The notes: generated from the letters alone by a model not told the origin. Positions 1 to 9,072 are shown, counted from the first letter of the stretch. The stretch is 20,000 nucleotides of DNA from an uncultured virus (IMG/VR IMGVR_UViG_3300042363_001425) (IMGVR_UViG_3300042363_001425); one strand, 5' to 3'. Translations and numbers: made by a program.

Positions 1-1
1 A

Positions 2-934
2 GTTTTCAACGTCAATGGCAGACGCGGTTCCAGTAGGAAACTCTTTTACAATTAATTCTCCTAGATTTGGAGCAGTTGATTTAAGGTGTTTCATTCTGTC
101 GTCCACACTACCTACTTGACTTTTATCAAGCATTGAATCGTATTCCTTAAATGGAATCTCTAAAATCATTGAACCTAATCTCTTCATGTACTTACGATCA
201 GATAACTCAAGGGTTGCAATACCAACATTACAGCCGGCAACAAATGCTCTACCTGCAATATTTGAAAGAACCATTGATTTACCTACTTTAGGTCGACCTT
301 GAAAAACAACTAGAGTTTTAGGGTTCCAACCTCCGCCTAACGTCTTATCTAAGAATTTAAAACCAGTTGGATTTCCAATTTTTGATAATTGAACGTGATC
401 TACTGGATTAAAGAAGTTTAGACCAGACTCTGCATTAGTAAATGATACATTAAGTTTCTGATTAAATTTTTCACGAACGTCGTTTGTGATAAGCTCAACA
501 TTTTCTGGAGTGATCTCAGTTGTCTTTAAATATGATAGGACATCAATAACTGAGCCATTTAAGTTCTTATAGAAAACAAATGCTTTGGTGTACTTAAATA
601 AGAAATCGTAGTTATAGCTAGTTAAGTCAACTGCAAACATTGCATTAAACTTACTTTCCGGAATATCAAGATTTGATAAATTAGCTAGTTCACGTAATTC
701 ATTACGCGTAGGAACTTTTGAATATTCAGCAAAGAACTTCTTTGCAATTCGATAGACTCTCTGTAATGTGTCATCGTTAAAGTAGTGAGCTTTAATCATT
801 GGAATGATTTCGCGTTTATCTAAAGCCTCATAGTTTTTAGGTTTTATGATAATATCGCCATCATCCTCAGTTAAGACAAAATTAAAGATTATTTTTTCGA
901 GAAGCTCAATGTTCTCTTTGAAGTCTATCAGCAT
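2..934 (-). CDS. Replicative DNA helicase, DnaB/T4 gp41-like (C-terminus runs off the window edge)
   Basis: Not in the ORF track. Manual translation from ATG at 934 gives MLIDFKENIELLEKII...PTGFKFLDKTLGGGWNPKTLVVFQGRPKVGKSMVLSNIA...ATLELS...LIVKEFPTG. This has the DnaB-type TGF..LD..LGGG segment, Walker A GRPKVGKS and the gp41-like IVKEFPTG motif. The frame is open to the window start. Confidence 0.92.
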   Translation of the reverse strand, partial: MLIDFKENIELLEKIIFNFVLTEDDGDIIIKPKNYEALDKREIIPMIKAHYFNDDTLQRVYRIAKKFFAEYSKVPTRNELRELANLSNLDIPESKFNAMFAVDLTSYNYDFLFKYTKAFVFYKNLNGSVIDVLSYLKTTEITPENVELITNDVREKFNQKLNVSFTNAESGLNFFNPVDHVQLSKIGNPTGFKFLDKTLGGGWNPKTLVVFQGRPKVGKSMVLSNIAGRAFVAGCNVGIATLELSDRKYMKRLGSMILEIPFKEYDSMLDKSQVGSVDDRMKHLKSTAPNLGELIVKEFPTGTASAIDVEN

Positions 935-940
935 ATATTA

Positions 941-1279
941 TTAGTTAGTAATGTCATAAAATTTTAAAAATTCACGTTCATTGATTATAATGAACTCCCC
1001 TTTCTTTGTTAAGCTACCGTCTTCTACAAGGTCTTTCATTAATAGTTTTATCCTATCTAGAAATTCAGGAGTTAATTTTTCTCCAAAGACGTATTTTAAG
1101 GTCTTTGGAGAAAATTTAATATCGGTTTGATCAAAGTCTTTTGACTTGGCGGTAGTTACTCTGACTACGTATGACAATAAGTCAAACAAAAAGTCTTGAT
1201 GAGTCGGGTAATTGGGTAGAGCAATATGCGAGTCTAAGACATACTTCAGAGCAACAGTAGGTCTCAGATTAAAGGTCAT
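941..1279 (-). CDS. Hypothetical 112-aa protein, possible winged-helix C-terminus
   Basis: ORF between uvsX and the helicase, overlapping the uvsX stop by 11 nt. The C-terminus (LDRIKLLMKDLVEDGSLTKKGEFIII) resembles a helix plus beta-wing. Confidence 0.7.
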   Translation of the reverse strand: MTFNLRPTVALKYVLDSHIALPNYPTHQDFLFDLLSYVVRVTTAKSKDFDQTDIKFSPKTLKYVFGEKLTPEFLDRIKLLMKDLVEDGSLTKKGEFIIINEREFLKFYDITN

Positions 1280-2459
1280 TGTCCGAATCAGTTAAATCTT
1301 CTAATTCATCTATTTCCATTTCGTCTATTCCATCTTGCGTTTCTGGGAATTTAAACGTAGGCTTAATTGTAGTTTCGTCTAATTGAGCTAGTACAGCTGG
1401 TGTAAATAGCCTAGCTGAGAAAAACTCTTTAACTGGAACGGCATCGCCATTATGCTTAATAATATAAGTTTTGCCTAATTTCTTTGGTAGAAAATAGAAA
1501 GTTTCTCCATCCACTTCAAATTTTGAGCATAATTCAGATTCGTCAGGTTTAAGTTTAGAGAACTCCTTTTCAGTTAGTTTATTACCTCTACCTACTCCGC
1601 ATGATTCCCAACTTACGAATTGCTCTAATCCAACAAATGGATTCATACCTTTATGGAATGAAATGTGGAATTCAATATCAATTGGTTTGGCTAAACGATT
1701 TTTCTTGGTCTTTGAACGAACAATAATACCAGTAGTTGTTTTGGCCTCATCACGAAGAGTTCCTTTACTTAACATCAAGATAATTGATGCAGAGAATTCT
1801 GGACCTCCACCGCCTGACATACCTTTTGGCGTGTATTGATCCATTGACGCATACGTGTGATTTGTAAAAATGAAAGGAACTTTATAGTTTGAAAGATCTA
1901 AGGTTAATGATTTGAATAATGATCTCATTTCTTTTGCACGTAATCCCATATCAGCAGCATTTTTACCTGCATCCATGTCACGTTGACTCTTATCAGTATC
2001 CAGCATTCCTACTGAATCGACAAATAGTGCAATCTTAAGTCCTGGGTTTTCTTTGATTGTTTCAATTAAGTCATGCACAAAGAATTTGACTTCACTAATT
2101 AGGCCCATACGCAAATATTTTAATTTGGTTAAGTCTACTCCAAATTTAATATAGTCACTAGAGTCAATTGCTCCTTCGGTATCAATATAGATTACCATGT
2201 AGTCTTTTTTCTGTAACTCGCGAACTGCATTTAAACATAAGAATGTTTTACCTGAACCAGAGTCTCCAGCAATTCCAATACTACGAGTATTAGGATAACC
2301 GCCAAATAGAGAACCTGACATTTGGGCATTTAATAAGTAATTTCCAGTTGAAATATACTCTTCGATATCAGAGAAACCTCTGATTTCAATTTTTGATTTG
2401 ACTTTCTTTTCGAGCAAGTCGTTAAACTTGGCGAATGCGTCCATTGTTGATTTTGCCAT
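1269..2459 (-). CDS. uvsX: UvsX/RecA-like recombinase
   Basis: ISTGNYLLNAQMSG, Walker A GDSGSGKT, YIDTEGA, Walker B LFVDSVG, DMGLRAK, FTNHTY and SGGGGPEFSAS are typical phage UvsX/RecA motifs. Acidic tail. Confidence 0.95.
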   Translation of the reverse strand: MAKSTMDAFAKFNDLLEKKVKSKIEIRGFSDIEEYISTGNYLLNAQMSGSLFGGYPNTRSIGIAGDSGSGKTFLCLNAVRELQKKDYMVIYIDTEGAIDSSDYIKFGVDLTKLKYLRMGLISEVKFFVHDLIETIKENPGLKIALFVDSVGMLDTDKSQRDMDAGKNAADMGLRAKEMRSLFKSLTLDLSNYKVPFIFTNHTYASMDQYTPKGMSGGGGPEFSASIILMLSKGTLRDEAKTTTGIIVRSKTKKNRLAKPIDIEFHISFHKGMNPFVGLEQFVSWESCGVGRGNKLTEKEFSKLKPDESELCSKFEVDGETFYFLPKKLGKTYIIKHNGDAVPVKEFFSARLFTPAVLAQLDETTIKPTFKFPETQDGIDEMEIDELEDLTDSDNDL

Positions 2460-2484
2460 GTGTATAAAATTTAATCTTTAGTAT

Positions 2485-2511
2485 CTTTTACAAAGGATAC
2501 TAAAATGGTTT
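2485..2511 (-). promoter_or_regulatory. Putative promoter AAAC-N16-GTAAAAG upstream of uvsX
   Basis: Minus strand reads AAAC CATTTTAGTATCCTTT GTAAAAG, 25 nt before the ATG. One of five equally spaced copies. Confidence 0.7.
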
Positions 2512-3076
2512 AGTTAAAATATGAAACTAATAAAAATGATCCAGATAGGATTGTTGTGTCTGGGAATTCGCCATTAACTACTTGGTGGAAGCCGATCTTT
2601 GTAATTGATGATTCGTCCTTAATAAAGTTATCTTTAGAAAGATTTCTAGTAAAGTCTAATTGGTCATTAGAAGTAATATCTACGCCATAACATTTAATAT
2701 TTAACGACATTGGCACGTTCATTTGAATGTCTCCCAAGTAGTAAATATTGTTTTCATTAATGTTAAGAGAGTCAATGTTAAGACCAGCCTCTTCAATTAG
2801 GGATCGACACACTGAATCATAAGGAGTCTTATCTAGATCTGGATTAACTGTATCAATAATTAATGAATGAACCGTTTGCCCAGTGACTTTATTTGGAAAC
2901 TCCAAAACGTAGATTGATTTGATTGTACCCTCTGCTGTTTTCTCAAACGGTACAAGACAAATGTAGTTTAACTCACAAGACAAATAATGGTTGGTATGGT
3001 TGTCCTTAGTAAGGATAAGCACATTAAAACGGCCAACCTTATTAGATTCTTGGGTTACTATTGAATGTTGATTCAT
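2510..3076 (-). CDS. Nudix-fold protein with a degenerate Nudix box
   Basis: DTVNPDLDKTPYDSVCRSLIEEAGL resembles GX5EX7REUXEEXGU. The start is placed at ATG 3076 (MNQHS...), just after the upstream stop at 3081, rather than the overlapping track start at 3145. Confidence 0.65.
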   Translation of the reverse strand: MNQHSIVTQESNKVGRFNVLILTKDNHTNHYLSCELNYICLVPFEKTAEGTIKSIYVLEFPNKVTGQTVHSLIIDTVNPDLDKTPYDSVCRSLIEEAGLNIDSLNINENNIYYLGDIQMNVPMSLNIKCYGVDITSNDQLDFTRNLSKDNFIKDESSITKIGFHQVVNGEFPDTTILSGSFLLVSYFN

Positions 3077-3080
3077 TTGA

Positions 3081-3725
3081 TTACTCGGGTTTACTTTTTG
3101 GTGTACCAGATAGAGTTTTCTTAAGAGTCTTCTTAATCGCATCAACCGTTACATTGTTATTTATATAGTTTGCGAGTTTGGTCAAGAATTCTTCCTTATT
3201 CTTGGAATTAGTGTACATCATCTTAAGTAGAGGCTTGCTTGGCAGTTTAATTTTAACCGACAGGTTTAAATCAGTATCTTCCAATGAAAACATGCCAAAT
3301 AGGTCAGAAGGGTCAACTTCAAACTTCGATTGAGTTTGGATAACTTTAGCTGGAGTTCCAGTTAATGCTGGGGCAGGGTTAGCTGGTTGAGCCTTGATTT
3401 CAGTAGCAAACTCTTGAGGAATTTCGTTTGAAACATTGATTTCTTCACTTAATGAAGGAATATAGTTAATTGACTGAATTTCTGACATACTCATGGGCTG
3501 TTGATCTCCAGTAATCATCATCAGATCTGAGGATACTCGATCTGTGTCTAATTGGGTCCCATCTGACAGAACTGCCACATATCTGCCGTTTCTAGCAGGC
3601 AAAACATCTCTAACTGTTACAACCGTACCTATTTTAGAGCGGTCATTTGTTTTTATCCATTGAAAGTCATTTGCTTGAAAGCTAGATTTAATAGCAACCA
3701 GCGTATCAATATCGTATCCGTTCAT
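3081..3725 (-). CDS. Hypothetical protein with two domains joined by a Pro/Ala-rich linker
   Basis: Intact ORF. Likely start is ATG 3725 (MNGYDID) after an A-rich leader. The alternative is GTG 3761, which overlaps the polymerase stop. No family motif recognised. Confidence 0.75.
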   Translation of the reverse strand: MNGYDIDTLVAIKSSFQANDFQWIKTNDRSKIGTVVTVRDVLPARNGRYVAVLSDGTQLDTDRVSSDLMMITGDQQPMSMSEIQSINYIPSLSEEINVSNEIPQEFATEIKAQPANPAPALTGTPAKVIQTQSKFEVDPSDLFGMFSLEDTDLNLSVKIKLPSKPLLKMMYTNSKNKEEFLTKLANYINNNVTVDAIKKTLKKTLSGTPKSKPE

Positions 3726-3744
3726 AATTTTATGTATTATTTTT

Positions 3745-5127
3745 TTAAGCCACTTTTTCACTTGACAATTTCTCTTCTAATTTTTTCATTTCAGTTTTTG
3801 TATCTACACGTCCATTATATAATCTAGTAAGAATTGTTCGAGCGGCTGAGTCGAATTTCTTATTAAAGAGAGTATCGTTCTTTGTTAATATTTGATCTGG
3901 GGTTACAACTTGCGCAGGTTTTATCTTACCTTGATATGCATCAGGCGAAATATTAAACTGGATTTGAATGTTTGGATACATTGACGCAAAGTCAAAACAT
4001 GATACGTACTTATAGTATCCAGGAGTAGGTTTAGCCACATAAGCTCCGTCATACGTTGCGTCTTCTTCAAGAGCTCGACGATCGTTTGCCATGTACAAAC
4101 CTCTATCTAAAAACTCACGACACATTAACGATTCAGTAATGAATACTGCTGAAAATACTTTTGAAACATCGACTTTTGCAAATTTTGAGATTGCAAATGC
4201 AACATCAAGTAGCCCAAGCTTATCTTCAATTAGTTTAATAAGAATTGTATCGATAATGTTATACTTAATGAAGTTCTCAATGTCTTGTTGAGCTTCTAGC
4301 ATTGTAGCATATTCACTATGTAATTTGGTGGTTCCAAGAACAAGATTAGCAATATAATCTAACTTATAGTTCTCAACCACTTTGTAAGGTTTAGTATTCA
4401 TGAAAACTTCCATGTAATCCAGAAGTCCCATGTGAACTGGCATTTTTGATTTGCCGATTAGGGTTTTGGTTGGCATTTCTTTCATTGCATCTACTCCAAT
4501 ATTCTTACAACGATTTATTAAGTAGATCCAGTCAAATCCAATTACGTTCCACCCAGTTAAGAATGGAATTTTTGGAAGAACTTTATGAAAGAACATTGTC
4601 ATCATCTCAACCTCAGTTTCGAAAAATAAGTACTTAAGTTTAAAAGTTTGGCCGTGCGCTTTAAAATAGTCATTTACTTCATCTTGCATTTGATCAACCG
4701 CGGTAGTTTCCAACGGTTTCATAGTTGACATTACGAAGCAGATGTTTTCTTCATTCACAAATGTGATTAAATTGACTGGCATGGCTGCTCTTGCTGGATC
4801 AGGAAACTCTTGAGAGGTTAACTGAATCTCAATATCCAAATAGTACTTCTTTGGGCTATCATCTGAGTAGATTGACGAGAGTTCAGTCTCATCTAGCCGA
4901 GTTTGAGTTAATTCTTCTAGTCTAAAACGACTTAACCACTTACCTTGGACCTTTTTGAGGAATCTTCCATCCCAATTTCTGTTTTCAGTTGGGGTTGGAG
5001 TTAGATTCCAGTTATAGAGGTCGTGCGGAAGGATTGGCTTCTTCATAAAGCCGATAGTGCCGTCTGGTTTATAATAAGAAATGACTAGGGTTGAGTCTTC
5101 TGTGTGAAATTCGGTACTTACAATCAT
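3745..5127 (-). CDS. Family B DNA polymerase, N-terminal part only (3'-5' exonuclease, motif A and start of the fingers); split gp43-like
   Basis: Has ExoI YLDIE, ExoII GWNVIGFDWIYL, YKLDYIA, ExoIII YNIIDT, YDGAYV and motif A FDFASMYPNI..FNISPD. It ends after LYNGRVDTKTEMKK with no KxxxNSxYG and no YGDTDS. Confidence 0.92.
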   Translation of the reverse strand: MIVSTEFHTEDSTLVISYYKPDGTIGFMKKPILPHDLYNWNLTPTPTENRNWDGRFLKKVQGKWLSRFRLEELTQTRLDETELSSIYSDDSPKKYYLDIEIQLTSQEFPDPARAAMPVNLITFVNEENICFVMSTMKPLETTAVDQMQDEVNDYFKAHGQTFKLKYLFFETEVEMMTMFFHKVLPKIPFLTGWNVIGFDWIYLINRCKNIGVDAMKEMPTKTLIGKSKMPVHMGLLDYMEVFMNTKPYKVVENYKLDYIANLVLGTTKLHSEYATMLEAQQDIENFIKYNIIDTILIKLIEDKLGLLDVAFAISKFAKVDVSKVFSAVFITESLMCREFLDRGLYMANDRRALEEDATYDGAYVAKPTPGYYKYVSCFDFASMYPNIQIQFNISPDAYQGKIKPAQVVTPDQILTKNDTLFNKKFDSAARTILTRLYNGRVDTKTEMKKLEEKLSSEKVA

Positions 5128-5148
5128 ATTTTACTAATATACTAAAGA

Positions 5149-5586
5149 TTAATGAGTTCCAGTTGAGCCAAATCCACCTACTCCACGTTCAGTTTCCACA
5201 GAATAGAGCTCCTCAAACGGAACTTCCTCAATTGTATCGTAAAATACAGGAACTAGTACAAACTGGATCAATTTTTGACCTGGCGTTATGAGCTGATCAA
5301 CGCTTCCGACATTAATCACATGGATATGAATTTCTCCTTGATAATCTTCATCGCAGACTTCAGCGCCTTTAATTAATAATTGCTTGGTTGCAACTCCGGA
5401 TTTATTAAAAGCAGTTAGCATATACCCAGTTGGAATATCGGCTTTAATACCGGTCGGAATTAAGACAGAATCGCTAGGGGCTAGTATTAACCCTGGGTAA
5501 TCGTTTGGAACAAAAAAGTCGATACCGGCTGATTTAGAAGTTCCTCTAGTTGGGGTCTTTACGTCCCTAATTTTTGAAATTTTCAT
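5149..5586 (-). CDS. dut: Trimeric dUTPase
   Basis: Motifs SAGIDF, KSG, DEDYQGEI, KLIQ and RGVGGFGSTG. Confidence 0.96.
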   Translation of the reverse strand: MKISKIRDVKTPTRGTSKSAGIDFFVPNDYPGLILAPSDSVLIPTGIKADIPTGYMLTAFNKSGVATKQLLIKGAEVCDEDYQGEIHIHVINVGSVDQLITPGQKLIQFVLVPVFYDTIEEVPFEELYSVETERGVGGFGSTGTH

Positions 5587-5619
5587 TAAATATGATTATT
5601 TGAGTTAGTATTACTTATT

Positions 5620-5646
5620 CTTTTACCTGTAAAGTGAAAAAAGTTT
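5620..5646 (-). promoter_or_regulatory. Putative promoter AAAC-N16-GTAAAAG upstream of the dut-polB unit
   Basis: Minus strand reads AAAC TTTTTTCACTTTACAG GTAAAAG, 33 nt before the ATG. Confidence 0.7.
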
Positions 5647-5667
5647 AAGTTTCGATCCTATCTTGCT

Positions 5668-5677
5668 GATAAATAAC
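5668..5677 (+). promoter_or_regulatory. T4-late-like promoter GATAAATAAC (distal) upstream of the tail sheath gene
   Basis: One mismatch to the T4 gp55 late consensus TATAAATA. Lies upstream of a structural gene. Confidence 0.55.
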
Positions 5678-5727
5678 TCTAGCGCAAAATAGGCCAAGTT
5701 CAAAAGTTATGAATTTGGAGCTACTGC

Positions 5728-5736
5728 GATAAATAA
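5728..5736 (+). promoter_or_regulatory. T4-late-like promoter GATAAATAA (proximal) upstream of the tail sheath gene
   Basis: GATAAATAAATAAC. The 8-mer ends 28 nt before the sheath ATG. Confidence 0.6.
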
Positions 5737-5763
5737 ATAACTTCAAAATAATACGCAAAAGCG

Positions 5764-8748
5764 ATGGCAGAAAAATTAAATCTGAACCGATATAAAGCAA
5801 GCGGTGTCTACACAGTAGAAATTGATGAAAGCACTAACCTGAGTCTACCACTCTCAACTGGAAGATTGGTGATTGGATCGAGCAAAAAAGGCCCGATTAA
5901 CTCAGTAGTACTTATCAATGACTTACGTTCACTGATTGCAGTATACGGAGAGACAGACTCTAAATTAGAAAAAAATGGTAGCTATTTTCATAGAACAATC
6001 GAGGTTGCTCTAAGACAAGGCCCAGTTTATGCACTAAACCTACAACCTATTGCTGATACTGATGTTGCTTATTTTGCAACATTCAACACAGAGTCAGCGT
6101 CAAACAATTCAAATTGGTCAACTGGTACGTACAATGACAGTATCTCTCACTTCTATAACACTCAAAAGTTATGGTTTGCTGATGTTGATGCAGTTAACAA
6201 GTACAAAAACCTTTCATTAGGGGATACGTTCCCTGCAACTGGAACAACTGATCAAGATGCTAATAAAATCTTAACCGTTGTTAACTTGTCTAAGAAAGCA
6301 GTTACTGCATGGACTAGAATAGCTGATACTACTGGTTATGATATTAAAGTTAAGGATTACTACAAACTTCTTGGAGATAAAGTAGAAGTTCCTGAATTTT
6401 TACATCCAGATGATTACGTATCTGACTACTTCGTTGAATTAACTGTAGTTGAAGGAGATTGGTCTGATTATATTAGATTAGCAAAAGATCCTATCTACAA
6501 ACAATACTTTAACGAAAGCGGTTTGATCCTATCTAAAATGAACGATTTCTTGGGATTAAGAGAAGTTACAATTGTTAACAGAACAAGTGGTGCTATCATT
6601 CCAGATTTTAAAGATCTTGCTGGCAATATTGCAGCATTAGATTCATTATTTAACAGAAAATTCAGCCAAGCTGGAGTTTATTGTGCAATTGACTACAAGA
6701 AAATTGACATGATGGATTTAACTAATCCAGTTTTTGATAGTGGCGACGGAGTTGAAACTATTGAATCTCAACGCCTTGACCTAGTAGGTTACGGATTTGA
6801 TGAATTAAATGTGGCAGTTTATGCAGTTGATAATGGAGTAACTGAAGATGCAATTGATGCAGTTAAATTAATTGATACTTTAAGTTACAAGAAATCAGCT
6901 GGTTACGATTATTATTTTGCACTAGACGAAATTAACTGGAATTCAACTTATTCAGCTGGTGAAACTTATACGATCAGTGATGGTGGAACTAAGTACATTG
7001 TTGCAACTGAGTCAAGCTTACTTTATAAAGCATGGGCAAACGGTTTTATTAAAACCGGCGACCGCTTAATGGATGGTGTAACTGCTCTATACTTACAAAC
7101 TGATGGATTAGTTAAAACTGATCCAAGTCAACTTAAATACATTGAGTTCTTGGTTTATTCAGACGCAACTTTCACAAACCAAGTAGATGTAGAATTGTTC
7201 GTAAGCACAGGTTCTAATAACTTCTTACACATTATATCAGCAACCTCTGAATTGTTTAACTACAATTTTGATCTTACTGATTCCGATTTCTTTATCACTA
7301 CTGGTACATACAACTACAAATACTTTGCACCTAACCAATTAGTATTTACATTAAACGATAACCTTTACGGTTTAGCCGCTAAGAAAGAAACTACTAACCC
7401 TAGCTTTGATGCTGCTCGTAGAGCTCAAATCGAAGCATTCTTTAAACCTGGACAATGGATTAAAGCTGGTCTAGTTAAAGATGCACTAGGTGATAATGTT
7501 ATTCGTGATAGATTCTTAAAAATTAAGTCAGTTTATGCTAAGGTTGTATTAACCCCAGCTAAGACGCTACAGTATACAATTACAGTAGATACTGCATCTG
7601 ACTCTAATGTTATTGGAATTAACCTGGACAATGCTACTCTATCTGTTTACAAAGGTATTAGCAACTACGTAACTAACTTACGTGGAATTTATCTTCCATC
7701 AATGTTGGTTAATGAAACTGCTCTATACCCTAACGGTACAGCAACTCGTCAAGACGAAATCTTAGATTACATGTTTGATGATACTAATATTGCATCTACT
7801 TTAGCAGATGGAGAAACTTTAGACTATCGTTACATTGTTGATTCTTACGAAGGTCAAATTGCGCCTGCATCAAAACAACAACTTGTTCAACTTGCAGCAA
7901 ATCACGGAAAAGCTTTAGCTATATGTAATGCTCCATCTTTAGCACAATATGAAAGATCAATTGATCCTAGCTTTATTGATTTCAATACTAACTTAGTATC
8001 AGCTGAATACATTTCAACTGGAGGTAATCTTTCATCTAATCCAGAATTTACTTTTGGATTTGCCGCTGGAGATAAAAACGGTATTGCAATCTCTTCTTAT
8101 GCAGCATACTTCATGCCAAACCTAGTAATATTTGACGGAGGTAGAAGCAAGTCAGTTCCGCCAGCAGCGTTCGTAGCAAATACGTACATGAAGAAATATT
8201 CAAGCGGTAATACATTCTCTATCGTAGCAGGTAAAAGAGGTATTATCACTGAACCTGAAGTTACAGGTCTTGAATATGATTTAACTGATGAGGACCGCGC
8301 TTACTTAGAGCCAGTTGGTTTCAACTTGATCGTAAGACGTAGAGGATTTGGAGTAATGTTATTCTCAAATAACACAGGTTACCAAAAAGTAAAATCAGCG
8401 TTGAATAACATTCACGTAAGAGAAGCTTTAGTAACAATTGAGAAAGATATTGAAAGAATCTTATTAAACTACCTATTTGATTTTAATGATACAACTACTC
8501 GATTAAGAGTTAAGACCCTAGTTAATAACTACTTAGCAGCAGTTCAAGACGCTAGAGGTATTGCAACATTTAGTATTGTATTTGATGATTCAAATAACGG
8601 AACTGAAGTTCTTGAAAACAATGCAGGCATCATCGATATTATCGTTGACTTCCCAAGAGGTATTCACAAGTTCATCAACCGTATTACAATCACAAGAGCA
8701 GGTGGTCAACTATCTTCTCAATCTACAGGATTTACGCCGTCATTCTAA
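5764..8748 (+). CDS. Contractile tail sheath protein (gp18-like), 994 aa
   Basis: N-terminal SGVYTVEIDES and GSSKKGPIN, then C-terminal sheath domain motifs VPPAAFVA, AGKRG, NNIHVREAL, YLFDFND and IIDIIVDFPRGIHKFINRITI. Confidence 0.93.
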   Translation: MAEKLNLNRYKASGVYTVEIDESTNLSLPLSTGRLVIGSSKKGPINSVVLINDLRSLIAVYGETDSKLEKNGSYFHRTIEVALRQGPVYALNLQPIADTDVAYFATFNTESASNNSNWSTGTYNDSISHFYNTQKLWFADVDAVNKYKNLSLGDTFPATGTTDQDANKILTVVNLSKKAVTAWTRIADTTGYDIKVKDYYKLLGDKVEVPEFLHPDDYVSDYFVELTVVEGDWSDYIRLAKDPIYKQYFNESGLILSKMNDFLGLREVTIVNRTSGAIIPDFKDLAGNIAALDSLFNRKFSQAGVYCAIDYKKIDMMDLTNPVFDSGDGVETIESQRLDLVGYGFDELNVAVYAVDNGVTEDAIDAVKLIDTLSYKKSAGYDYYFALDEINWNSTYSAGETYTISDGGTKYIVATESSLLYKAWANGFIKTGDRLMDGVTALYLQTDGLVKTDPSQLKYIEFLVYSDATFTNQVDVELFVSTGSNNFLHIISATSELFNYNFDLTDSDFFITTGTYNYKYFAPNQLVFTLNDNLYGLAAKKETTNPSFDAARRAQIEAFFKPGQWIKAGLVKDALGDNVIRDRFLKIKSVYAKVVLTPAKTLQYTITVDTASDSNVIGINLDNATLSVYKGISNYVTNLRGIYLPSMLVNETALYPNGTATRQDEILDYMFDDTNIASTLADGETLDYRYIVDSYEGQIAPASKQQLVQLAANHGKALAICNAPSLAQYERSIDPSFIDFNTNLVSAEYISTGGNLSSNPEFTFGFAAGDKNGIAISSYAAYFMPNLVIFDGGRSKSVPPAAFVANTYMKKYSSGNTFSIVAGKRGIITEPEVTGLEYDLTDEDRAYLEPVGFNLIVRRRGFGVMLFSNNTGYQKVKSALNNIHVREALVTIEKDIERILLNYLFDFNDTTTRLRVKTLVNNYLAAVQDARGIATFSIVFDDSNNGTEVLENNAGIIDIIVDFPRGIHKFINRITITRAGGQLSSQSTGFTPSF

Positions 8749-8758
8749 TTAAAAAAAT

Positions 8759-9052
8759 ATGAAACCTATGAAACGCTATATAATGTTATTTGAAAACTTT
8801 AATGATACAGTTCATTACATGGTAAAACCAATAGGCGATTCTTTTAGAATATTTGCTAAAACTCCTAAGATGAAATTGGATGGCAGTGAATATGCAGATT
8901 GCGAATCTTTATTCGGTAAAGGTACAATGTGGAAAGATTATGATACTCATCATAGTGCTAAAGCGGCTATTGCCAGTTTATCAAATATGAGTCATGATAT
9001 GATTACGCCGAGTTACCGCAAGCCTCACGAGCCTCGTGAATATATGGCTTAA
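8759..9052 (+). CDS. Hypothetical 97-aa protein, possible virion internal protein
   Basis: Lies directly behind the sheath gene and before a terminator. The N-terminus MKRYIMLFENF (second Met at 8768) resembles a capsid-targeting-type leader. Confidence 0.7.
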   Translation: MKPMKRYIMLFENFNDTVHYMVKPIGDSFRIFAKTPKMKLDGSEYADCESLFGKGTMWKDYDTHHSAKAAIASLSNMSHDMITPSYRKPHEPREYMA

Positions 9053-9072
9053 TTAAAAATTTTAATGTAAAT

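Noticed and set aside
2490..2501. Bacteroidota -7 promoter element (TAnnTTTG) upstream of uvsX
   Set aside because: The sequence is TATCCTTTG, one base too long, and it is not repeated at the other leaders.
3081..3761. The ORF overlapping the polymerase stop as the missing C-terminal half, reached by frameshift at the A-rich junction
   Set aside because: It has no KxxxNSxYG or DTDS motif and is too short, so a frameshift would not complete the polymerase.
3745..3800. Split intein or intron at the end of the polymerase fragment
   Set aside because: The C-terminus (KTEMKKLEEKLSSEKVA) has no intein N-terminal block, and there is no intergenic space for an intron.
5128..5160. A sixth AAAC-N16 promoter directly upstream of the polymerase (GTAAAAT or GTATATT)
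   Set aside because: There is no AAAC at the 16-nt spacing. The gene is more likely co-transcribed with dut.
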